Shown: in pieces, positions 52,421-64,000 of the stretch
Layout: every line of letters begins with the position of its first letter
Position numbering within the stretch: the first letter of the stretch is position 1
From: Octopus sinensis
Taxonomy: Eukaryota
DNA length: 64,000 nt
Assembly (NCBI RefSeq): GCF_006345805.1
Contig: NC_043004.1
Span: 97,154,001-97,218,000 of the forward strand
Direction: 5' to 3'
The notes under the pieces: generated by a model
The model's database searches: none
The model's input: only the letters and a program-made list of their open reading frames with translations
Told to the model about the DNA's origin: nothing
Made by a program: the position numbers and the translations under genes

Positions 52421-52502
52421 GTTAGCAATGGTCCGAGAAGATTTTCGTGCTATTTTCTAGGTGAATCTGATACTGATAAAATAATTCAGAATAAATAAGT
52501 AT

Positions 52503-52903
52503 CAGGAGTGGCTGTGTGGTAAGTAGCTTCCTAACCAACCACATGGTTCCGGGTTCAGTCCCACTGCGTGGCATCTTGGGCAAGTGTCTTCCGCTATAGC
52601 CTCGGGCCGACCAATGCCTTGTGAGTGGATTTGGTAGACGGAAACTGAAAGAAGCCTGTCGTATATATGTATATATATATATATATGTATGTTTGTATGT
52701 CTGTGTTTGTCCCTCTAGCATTGCTTGACAACCGATGCTGGTGTGTTTACATCCCCGTCACCTAGCGGTTCGGCAGAAGAGACTGATAGAATAAGTACTG
52801 GGCTTACAAAGAATAAGTCCCGGGGTCGATTTGCTCGACCAAAGGCGGTGCTCCAGCATGTCCGCAGTCAAATGACTGAAACAAGTAAAAGAGAGTAAAA
52901 GAG
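52503..52903 (+). mobile_element. SINE family A
   Basis: Near full length. Confidence 0.9.
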
Positions 52904-53107
52904 TATTAAAAAATAAACAGATGAAAGTAAATAGAATAACGCAAAATAGATATAAAGTAGTACAAAAACCATGCAATCTCCCTCTTCAATCAGTGATGCA
53001 GTCGTTCAAAGTTCAAAGTTCAAAGCAATAGCACACAATTCGTTTTCAACAAAACTTAAGACTTCGGAAGCCGATACAACGTACGTCTGACAGAGACAGA
53101 AATAACG

Positions 53108-53169
<62 letters not shown>

Positions 53170-53170
<1 letters not shown>

Positions 53171-53736
53171 CCCTGATGCAGTAACAGGCGGTGGCTCTCA
53201 TGGCTTCTGATCTTAACTGATTGGAAGTGGTATCACGTACATTGTTTTGTCTCGGTATAAAAGATGGGCTACAGTAAATATTCTGCTCAATACCACAGAT
53301 TGGCATGTCAGTTGTTTGACCTTAACCAGTTGAGCATGTCCCTTAATGGCTGGCGATATGTGCATCTCTGATTATAAGCAGAAGTAGTGCGAGAGCATCA
53401 TAGCCGTGTGTTGAAAGGAATTCTTAGAGATTTGGATAATTCACCTTTGGAAACATGGGTGGTTTGTTCAACATCCTTAAACAATCCTTATTCAAGAACC
53501 TTTTGAGCGGGATGGGCTACTCGACCAAAAGAAAATTCTGACTGGGTTCCACCTGCAAGGTCATGTGGTGTTTATCTTGATACGAGATTACCATATCGCG
53601 CACATATGGTTGTGATGCATGTGCCTAGTGTACCCTTAATAGACGGGTAGTCATGATGGGTATACTGGGCTTCATATATTTTACCCCAGTGTCACTTTGA
53701 TGGCATGCACTGCTCTCTTATTCAATAATAATAATA

Positions 53737-53776
<40 letters not shown>

Positions 53777-53900
53777 CATAATAATAATAATCATAATAAT
53801 AATAATTAATAATAATAACCATTCGGAAGTGTTATCATGAACATTGTTTTGTCTTGGTATAAAAGATGGGCTACAGCAGATACTCGGCTTAATACAGGAT
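53170..53900. repeat. Unclassified element between (AAT)n arrays with partial local duplication
   Basis: GGAAGTG.TATCA.G.ACATTGTTTTGTCT.GGTATAAAAGATGGGCTACAG occurs at about 53223 and 53826. (AAT)n at 53100-53168 and 53722-53818. Confidence 0.6.
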
Positions 53901-54005
53901 GAACGGCTAAGTGGACCTCGGCAGAATTTGAACTCAGAACGTAGCGGCAGACGAAATACCACGAAGCATTTCGCCTGGTGTGCTAAAAATTTTGCCATCT
54001 CACCG
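53896..54005 (-). mobile_element. SINE family D, 5' half
   Basis: GACCTCGGCAGAATTTGAACTCAGAACGTAGCGGCAGACGAAATACC. Followed by (TAC)n/(AAT)n at 54010-54180. Confidence 0.8.
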
Positions 54006-54025
54006 TCTTACTACTACTACTACTA

Positions 54026-54068
<43 letters not shown>

Positions 54069-54114
54069 GCTGCTGCTAATAATAATAATAGTAATAATAA
54101 TAATAATAATGATG

Positions 54115-54179
<65 letters not shown>

Positions 54180-54499
54180 CCTGTCTCCTATAGGCACAAG
54201 GACTGATTGATTCTACCAGCTCACTGCCTAATCTGCTACACTAATAATGATAAAAGGTATAAATACTATAACGTCTTCATCAATAATATTTAGAGCGAAA
54301 ATCTATTGAATTTAACATGTGACACATATTTCGGTTCCAAAGTTGTGCTGTACTCTTACGTTACATATAATATATTTACCTATATAAATTTATAGCCAGG
54401 TCTATTTTTCCATCTAGCCAGTTTTCACATGCATACCACCTTACATTTATCCATTCAAAGGTCACACTACTTTTCTTTCTGATTTCCCGTCTCTCTTTC

Positions 54500-54567
<68 letters not shown>

Positions 54568-54853
54568 GCAATCTATCTGCATTTTTCTAGGTTTCTTCTC
54601 CCAACATACTCTATATGTTACATATTTTCTCCTTTTCTTATTGAATCTCTGTGTCTCTCTGTGCATCTCACTGTATATAACATTGATTCTTTTTATTGAG
54701 TCTTATGAAGATAGATCTCATTCATTCTGTTCATTTTACTTGCTCTCTCTCTCTCTCTCTCTCTCCTACACACGCACACGCACGCACCTATATACGTGCA
54801 TGTATATGTTTAGTGTGATTGTGCATAAGCATGTGTGAGTATATATATATGTG

Positions 54854-54884
<31 letters not shown>

Positions 54885-54903
54885 ATATATGTATATATAT
54901 ATG

Positions 54904-54961
<58 letters not shown>

Positions 54962-55483
54962 GCATACGTATATGCATAAATATGCAGAGGGTGTGCATGT
55001 GTTCGTGTTTGTATAGGGTCGAGGTAAGTAGGAAATTTTAAGATGTACATTAATTCCATGACTTAGTTTGAAGTCAATTGCCGAAGTGGATACATAAAAT
55101 CTTCAGTGGCCATGAACTAAAGAACATGAGGCTTGCTCATGTAATCTTTGTTAAATTCCATTTGATATACAGTATACTTTAATCCCCTAACTGCGTATGT
55201 TTGATATTTTATATTTACCCGGACAACTGTTTGTGTCAGTTTCCATACATACATACATACATACATACATACATACATACATACATACATACATACATGC
55301 ATACATGCATACATACATGCATACATACATGCATGCATGCATACATACCTACATACATACATATATATATAGATATATATATATATACATACATATGTGT
55401 GTGTGTATGAATCTCTCTCTGTGTGTATATATGTATGTATATATATATATTTATATATATACATATATAAATATATATATACT

Positions 55484-55518
<35 letters not shown>

Positions 55519-55557
55519 TTATGTATATATATATATTTATTTATATATATATATATA

Positions 55558-56525
55558 TTGGGCCATCCCATAAATAATGCGGTTTTTTCAAATGCATGAA
55601 CGAAAAGTCGGAAGGGGACAGGATAAACTATCTGCATCAACTTGCTATAAAAGCCTAGTGGAGCAACTCATTCTAACTGAAGCGGAACTAGCAGAGAAGA
55701 TTGGATTTGGTCATTCAACCATTCATCCACACCTACGTGCCATCGGAGAAGTCAGCAAATTACGTTAATGGCTTTCTCACAAACTTTCTGAGTCTAATCG
55801 TGTGCAGGGAGTGACCGTATGCTCTTCCTTGCTGTCACGTCTCACGAATGAACTTTTTTTGGACCGAGTCGTGACTGGTGACCAGAAATGGGTCATCTAT
55901 AGAAATATCAAGTTCCGAAGACAGTGTAAGGAAAAGAGAAACACCGGCACACCTGGCTAAAGAAGGTCTTCATCCACGCAAGGTATCGTTATCTGTTCCG
56001 TGGAATATAAAAAGTTTAGTCTACTTTGAAATTCTAAACCCAAAGCAAATGACAACAAAAATCTACTACCAGTGGTTTCAGCAGCTTACGCCAGCCCTAG
56101 TAGAAAAACGACCATCTTTGCTTTCGAGAGGAAAGGTGTTCTTCCGTCAGGATAATGCTCGGCCATACACAGCGAGGATGACATTCCAAAGGCTGGAGCA
56201 GTTTGAATCAGAAATGATGCCCCACCCACCATATTGACCGGACATTACCCCATCTAATTATCATTTATTCCGCAGTCTTCAAAATCATTCGGATTGAAAA
56301 AAATATGAATTTTGCAGATGCTATCACAATAGTATTGAGGAGTATTTTTCGTCACGGACAAGTGAATATTGGAAGAGGGGCCTTGCAAGCCTACTAGATA
56401 GATGAAAGAGCATTGTAGAAAATGAAGAATAGTATATTTTAGGTTAAAAAAGAAATTTGATTATCTTAAATTTGAAAAATAAAAGAAGTATAAAAAAGAA
56501 ACACTTTATTTATAGGATGACCAAA
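55558..56525 (+). mobile_element. Decayed, internally deleted mariner (second subfamily)
   Basis: Imperfect TIRs TTGGGCCATCCCATAAATAA / TTATTTATAGGATGACCAAA with TA flanks. Motifs VVTGDQKW, RQDNARPY, HPPY*PDITPSNYHLF. Confidence 0.9.
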
Positions 56526-57563
56526 TACATTATATATACGTATATATTTATGAATGTCGCGGGAGCATTCAAGTAAACAGACGCACATTGTATAGGGAAT
56601 ATATTTTGAAAAATCGCTTTATACAGTCATCTTATTCATTCTTTCAGGGCGTGTTTTTAATAACCCGCAAACACATTTCTCCTCATACATTCTAAGAAGT
56701 GAAAGCGAAGCAGATTCAGAATATTTTCTGAGAATATACACTTTCAAGTCTTCTTCAAAATTGCAGCTGCTTGAAACGAAATGTTCAGTAAGTTCTGTCG
56801 AACTACTGTTATTGTGGCTGACGTCGTATCTGTGCCCATTAAACCTTTTGCTTAATTATTCTGTTGTACAACCAACATAAATTATGGATATACTAAGTCT
56901 CTCTCTCTAATCCCACACCCCCACACATCCACGTCCACACACACACACACACAAAACTCATACACATTTAATTGCACAGTGGAACACAAACGCATATAAG
57001 TGTTTGTATATATAATGTGTGTGTGTGTGTGTGAGCGTGTATACACGCATACGTATATGTATGCTTTTCCTGTCAAAAACTGAAATTTTTCGAGTAAAGA
57101 ATTTTTATTCTAAATGTCTTTAAAATTGTAGAGAGAGTTCATGATTATCGTTTTTCTTTAGTGCGTTTTTTTGTTTGTGAGTAAAACGATACAAACACGT
57201 CCGCCATTACACACTTTTACACGCACAAACACAAATATGATACAGTTTTCGTTTCCGATTTCATTTACAAAGCGTTGATTGACTCATTGCTACGGTAAAA
57301 CGCGCTTGTCCATGACACTACGAATTGGAGCTGAGATTGAGATCAGTTGATGGAGAAGTGAATATTATAATTGCACAACCATCTCTACGCCTTCTTGAAC
57401 ACAAACACACATGCCTACGTCTCTCTCTCTCTCCCGCTCTCTCCCCTTCTCTGTATCTTTTAGCTATACTTACAAGAGTGCTTCAGTATTGCGACAACTA
57501 TTATTAAATGTCATTTTGGGATTTGGTTTGCAAGATTCTTTATATGAGTTCGTGTGTTGAAGC

Positions 57564-57843
57564 ATATTATGTTGTGTCTGGGCAGATTCATTCTCTTTTA
57601 GTGTCTTATTATTTAACACACTCACCGGTAAATTTTCCACTTATTTCGTCTTTTTAGTTTCCTAAAATTTTCGTTACGTCTTGCAAACTTTTCAAGACTA
57701 TTGAAGACAATTGAAAAGGTTGCAAGACGCAACGAAAATTTTAAGAAAATAAAAAGACGAAACGAGTGGAAATTTTACCGGTGAGTGTGTTAAATAATAA
57801 GGCACTAAAAGAGAATGACTCTCCCCAGACACAACAGAATATT
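57564..57843. mobile_element. Palindromic MITE, about 280 bp
   Basis: Arms 57564-57695 / 57711-57843 with a 15-nt loop. Absent from duplication copy 2. Confidence 0.9.
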
Positions 57844-58288
57844 ATTGTATGTATTTATCTATATAAACCAGTCAGCGACTATTTGAAACAGCTTTAATGA
57901 TATGGACAAATCACGTGTATATATTTTTAGCGAACTGTTTTTATACAGGCGCTGTTCAGTTAGTGGATGTTGTGCGTATGTTATACACGAAAGAAATTTT
58001 TAGCAGCTCAGCTGTTCATCTGAAATCATGGAATGAAATACCTTATTTGAAAAACAAGTAAAAGTCAGAATTATGAAAAACATCCATTCAAATTATCCTG
58101 TTCCAACAAATCTCAAATTCATGCCTTCATGGCAAAACTATTATCTCCATCATTGTTTTAGAATCCTGTTTTTCCATGCGATAAACTGTAGCTGATCTCG
58201 AAAAAGGAGAAATACACTATATTAAATCTTTGACCGAGAGGTAAACAGTAACAGAACGGAATTGTAAAATATATTTGCCAACTAAATG

Positions 58289-58451
58289 TGGCGGTCCCAT
58301 AGAGAACGATGTAATCACATTGGGCTAGAGATGGGATCGATAACCTCTCCTCGCAAATATTAATCGGACACAGACCGTATGTCGTTAGCAAGCTGGAGAT
58401 GTCTTTCTGGGGCTACAAACAACTGTAACATCGTCCTCTATGTGACCGCCA
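58289..58451. mobile_element. Small TIR element (about 25-bp TIR TGGCGGTCCCATAGAGGACGATG); duplicate at 61209-61356
   Basis: Inverted termini are seen in both duplication copies. No TSD identified. Confidence 0.65.
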
Positions 58452-58469
58452 TTTTAGATGGCAAATATA

Positions 58470-58515
<46 letters not shown>

Positions 58516-58525
58516 ATGTATATAT

Positions 58526-58658
<133 letters not shown>

Positions 58659-58907
58659 ATATAACACACACACACACACGGTGGAATTTTGAATAAGCAT
58701 ACCCACATATTTTTATAATGAAATCGTGCAGAACAATATCACAAAATATATACACCTATCAAAATAAGTATATATATAAGTAAATGCATAAAATACATAC
58801 ATACATACATACATACAAACACACACACACACACACACATACACACACACGCACACATATATATATATATATACATGCATGTATTTGTGTGTCTATTTCT
58901 GTACACC

Positions 58908-59085
58908 TACCATATCTTGACAACAGCTGTTGGTGTGTTTACGTCCCCGTAACTTAGTGGTTCAGCACAAGATCTCGATAGAATTAGAACTAGGCTTAAA
59001 AAGAACAAGTCCTGGGGGTCGATTTGTTCGACTAAAGGTGGTGCTCCAGTATGGCCGCAGTCAAATGAATGAAACGTGCAAAAGA
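58908..59085 (+). mobile_element. Old SINE family A, 3' half (duplicate at about 62098-62270)
   Basis: GGTGTGTTTACGTCCCCGTAACTTAG...GGCCGCAGTCAAATGAATGAAAC. Confidence 0.85.
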
Positions 59086-59459
59086 AATACAAAAAATAAA
59101 AGAAACATTGTATATTACATATATATATATATATAAGCATGAATTTATTCCATGTACTTTCTTGGCATGTTTCAATTCTATGTCTTCTTGTTTAACACTT
59201 TATTGAAACTATATTTGCTTGATTTTCTTGATTCTACTGTCGTTGAGACAGATCCATCAATGGACACTCGAGATTTTTTCTGACATCATGACATCATTCG
59301 GCTATTCTCGGAAAGCTACGTTCTTTATCTTAATAAACATAAAGACTTAAATCGCTTTTCTTTAACACACACACACATATATATATATATATACATATAT
59401 ATATACATATATATATATGTGTGTATGCACATGCATACACACACATATGTACATATATA

Positions 59460-59615
59460 CGACGGGCTTCTTTCAGGTTCCGTCTACCAAATACACTCAG
59501 AAGGCTTTGGTCGATCCGAGGCTATACTAGAAGACACTTGCCCAAGGTGCTGCACACTGGGACTGAACCATGTGGTTCGTAAACAAGCTACTTACCACAC
59601 AGTCACTCCTGCACC
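59460..59615 (-). mobile_element. SINE family A, 5' half
   Basis: Lies in the spacer between the duplication copies. Confidence 0.85.
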
Positions 59616-59906
59616 TATTAGTTGACTGATATTTCATTAGTACGTCTGTCTTTGTCAAGTTCAAAATAAGAAGTGATAGAAACTCAAAATTATAGAAATT
59701 CAAACCTTAAATATGAACGAGAGCAACCAGCGTCCACACGCTGATGGAATGACATCATCAGTTTTTAAGTAACAATTTTATAACAGGCGAAAAGATAATC
59801 ACAGAAAAATAATAGAAAAAAGAAGACGACAGAAAACAGGAAAGAAAAAGAGAGAAAGAAGAATATTTAATAAAATAGTTTTGTATAAATTTGATGATAT
59901 GGTCCT

Positions 59907-60299
59907 GTCATCTTATTCATTCCTCCAGGGTGTGTTTTTAATAACCCGCAAATATATTTCTCCTCATACATTCTAAGAAGTGAAAGCGAAGCAGATTCAG
60001 AATATTTTCTGAGAATATACACTTTCAAGTCTTCTTCAAAATTGCAGCCGCTTGAAACGAAATGTTCAGCAAGATCTGTCGAACTACTGTTATTGTGGCT
60101 GACGTCGTATCTGTGCCCATTAAAACTTTTGCTTAATTATTCTGTTGTACAACCAACATAAATTATGCATATTCTAAGTCTCTCTCTCTCATCCCACACC
60201 CCCACACATCCACGTCCACACACACACACAAAACTCATACACATTTAATTGCACAGTGGAACACAAACACATATAAGTGTTTGTATATATACTGTGTTG

Positions 60300-60338
<39 letters not shown>

Positions 60339-60679
60339 CGTGTATACACACTTACGTATATATATGCTTTTCCTGTCATTAACTGACATTTATCGAGTAA
60401 GGAATTTTTATTGTAAATGTCTTTAAAATTGTAGAGAGAGTTCATGATTAGCGTTTTTCTTCAGTGCGCATTTTTTGTGAGTTACACGATACAAACACCT
60501 CCGCCATTACACACATTTACACACACAAACACAAATATGATACAGTTTTCGTTTCCGATTTCATTTACAAAGCGTTGATTGACGCACGGCTACTGTAAAA
60601 CGCGCTTGTCCATGAGAAGTGAATATTATAATTGCACAGCTATCTCTACGCCTTCTTGAACACAAACACCCATGCCTAC

Positions 60680-60720
<41 letters not shown>

Positions 60721-61782
60721 TTAGCTATACTTACAAGAATGTTTCAGTATTGTGACAACTATTATTATATGTATTTATCTATATAAACTAATCAGCGACT
60801 ATTTGAAACAGCTGTAATGATATGGACAAATCACGTGTATATATTTTTAGCGAAGTGTTTTTACTCTGGCACTGTTCAGTTAGTAGAAGTAGTGGGTATG
60901 TTATACACGAAGAAAATTTTTAGCAGCTCAGCTGTTCATCTGAAATCATGGAATAAAATACCTTATTTGAAAAACAAGTAAAAGTCAGAATTATGAAAAA
61001 CATCCAATCAAATTATCCTGCTCCAACAAATCTCAAATTCATGCCTTCATGGCAAAACTATTATCTCCATCATTGTTTTAGAATCCTGTTTTTCCATGCG
61101 ATAAACTGTAGCTGATCTCGAAAAAGGAGAAATACACTATATTAAATCTTTGACCGAGAGGTAAACAGTAACAGAACGGAATTGTAAAATATATTTGCCA
61201 ACTAAATGTGGCGGTCCCATAAAGGACGATGTAATCACATTGGGCTAGAGATGGGATCGATAACCTCTCTTCGCAAATATTAATCGGACACAGCCAGCCG
61301 GAGATGTCTTTCTGGGGCTATAAACAACAGTAGCATCGTCCTCTATGGGACCGCCATATCTAGATGGCAAATATATAATATACTCTTTTACTCTTTTACT
61401 TGTTTCAGTCATTTGACTGCGGCCATGCTGGAGCACCGCCTTTAGTCGAGCAAATCGACCCCGGGACTTATTCTTTGTAAGCCGAGTACTTATTCTATCG
61501 GTCTCTTTTGCCGAACCGCTAGGTGACGGGGACGTAAACACACCAGCATCGGTTGTCAAGCAATGCTAGGGGGACAAACACAGACACACAAACATACACA
61601 CAAATACATATATATATATATACATATATACGACAGGCTTCTTTCAGTTTCCGTCTACCAAATCCACTCATAAGGCATTGGTCGGCCCTAGGCTATAGCA
61701 GAAGACACTTGTCCAAGATGCCACGCAGTGGGACTGAACCCGGAACCATGTGGTTGGTTAGCAAACTACTTACCACACAGCC

Positions 61783-61835
<53 letters not shown>

Positions 61836-62562
61836 TGGATTTTTTGAATAAGCATACCCACATATTTTTATAATGAAATCGTGCGGAAAATATCACAAAA
61901 TATATACACCTATCAAAATAAGTATATATATATATAAGTACATGCATTAAATAAATACATACATACATACAAACACACACACAGACACACACACACACTC
62001 ACACACACACACACACACACATATATTTATATATATATATATATACATGTATATATATAAATGCATGCATGTATTTGTGTCTGTTTCTGTACCACTACCA
62101 TCACTTGACGACTCATGGCGTGTTTACGTCTCCGTAACTTAGCGGTTCAGCACAAGATCTCGACAGAATTAGAACTATGCTTAAAAAGAATAAGTCCTGG
62201 GGGTCGATTTGTTCGACTAAATGTGGTGCTCCAGTAATGGCCGCAGTCAAATGAATGAAACAAGCAAAAGAAATACAAAAAATAAAAGAAACATTGTATA
62301 TTACATATATATATATATATGCATGAATTTATTCCATGTACTTTCTTGGCATATTTTAATTCTATGTCTTCTTGTTTAACACTTTAGTGAAACTATATTT
62401 GCTTGATTTCATTGATTCTACTGTCGTTGAGACAGATCCATCAATGGACACTCGAGATTTTTTCTGACATCATGACATCATTCGGCTATTCTAGGAAAGC
62501 AACGTTCTTTATCTTAATAAACATAAAGACTTAAAACGTTTTCTTTGACACACACACACACA
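59907..62562. repeat. Tandem segmental duplication, copy 2
   Basis: Lacks the MITE segment and carries an extra SINE-A. Confidence 0.95.
61381..61782 (-). mobile_element. SINE family A inserted after the duplication
   Basis: Absent from copy 1. Flanked by ATATATAATA at 61371-61380 and 61783-61792, inside a TA array. Confidence 0.9.
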
Positions 62563-62896
62563 CTTTCCCTGTCTGTCTCTCTCTCTGTCCCTCTCTCTCA
62601 CGTACACAAACATAGGCAGAGATAAAGATAGGAAGAGAAAGTTAGAGAGAACATGAGAACGTTTAAGAAAACATTGTAAACAATTAATCTTAATAAATGT
62701 GCGAAGAATATAACATGCAGGCAGCCAAAGATAACAAAAAGAAGCAATACACACATACACGCACACATACACACACACATACACACGCACACATATATAT
62801 ATACATATATATATATATTTGTATATATACATATGTATATATATGTGTGTGTGTGTATATGCACATGCATACATACACACGCACATACAGATGTGT

Positions 62897-62935
<39 letters not shown>

Positions 62936-63632
62936 TATATGTATATACATATCTACATATATACATACACGTATATGAATGTATACACACATGTATTTAC
63001 ATGTGTGTGTATATATATATATATATAGTTATATAACATATATATAATATCTATCTATATATATATATGCGTATATATGTATATGTGAGTGTGTGTGTGT
63101 GTATGTTCATACATACATACATGCATACATACGCTAAAGACTAAAAGTATTCATAGCCTGAAATATTGCCATTGGGGTTTCTTGTATGTGTATTGTTGCA
63201 TTTGTGTGCTTAGAAAAGTTGTTTTTTCTGGAGAAAACTTTATGTGCAAATTATTTTGATAAATGTTGTCAAAGACAAGGTGTGTGTATGTATATATATA
63301 TATAAATTTTTTTTTGTCTACTTAACATTTTTGGTGTGGAGGAGTTAGTCTTTACTTCTTGATTGATTGTTCGAAATTCTTTAATTGTTTGAAAAAAAAC
63401 GTTTACGCTAAAACTAGAAGCAACACGTCAACCTTTTGAGCATGAACCTTGGGGAAGGCAAATAAAGACAACTTTAGCTTAAAAATACATGTGTTTGACC
63501 AGAAATAGTTAAACCGTTTTGATAACTATTAAGCAATTTATTATTATCAGTCCAATTAGTTTTTGCAGTTGCTTTCATTGCGTGCCATAAGTTACTTATC
63601 GTCGTTTTAATCATACTGTGAATATGTGTATA

Positions 63633-63668
<36 letters not shown>

Positions 63669-64000
63669 TATGTATGTATATATACATAATCATATATACA
63701 TATATATTATATATTATATATTGTATTATATTATACTATATTATATATATATATATATTTAAGTAGTTGAATGAATTATGTTAGTATGGATAATTCGGTT
63801 AACCGATGCCTGGGTAGCAAATTCACGTCAGAAAAACACGGTTGAAGCTACATGCCAAGGGCAGAGATCACGTGCTTTCGTGTGGAAATTTGTGTGTTTT
63901 TTTAAATACAAATAAATGAAAGAATGGAGTTGAACGACGATTTAACAAAATTCCTATATTCTCGACATATGTTTCGAAGGCTGCATATTCCTAATTTCGA

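Noticed and set aside
57860-57900. GAAACAGCUGUA in the duplication (intact in copy 2 near 60805)
   Set aside because: The upstream core has two or more mismatches and there is no stem I.

Overview
AT-rich, repeat-dense eukaryotic DNA. The SINE families and the extreme microsatellite load resemble an octopus or other cephalopod genome; this is my recognition, not a database match. Nearly all ORFs in the supplied track are microsatellite or SINE artefacts. Supported content: about 30 copies of four tRNA-derived SINE families; a near-intact mariner (35297-36586) and a decayed one (55558-56525); a Penelope-like element (PLE) with an inverted duplication of its 3' part (40366-43248); relics of PLE, RTE, R4/Dong and LINE ORF1; several MITE or foldback structures; and a tandem duplication of about 2.7 kb (56626-62562). 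Two results stand out. First, a set of type I hammerhead-ribozyme motifs: a minimal motif with a compensatory U3:A8 core in both PLE arms, a second unrelated motif about 290 nt downstream on the same strand, and weaker solo candidates. Second, a candidate minus-strand spliced gene (33773-33413 joined to 32039-31611) whose second exon becomes an open, phase-matched exon only after a TSD-flanked SINE is removed, and which is bracketed by a 292-bp inverted repeat. All alignments and folds were done by eye.
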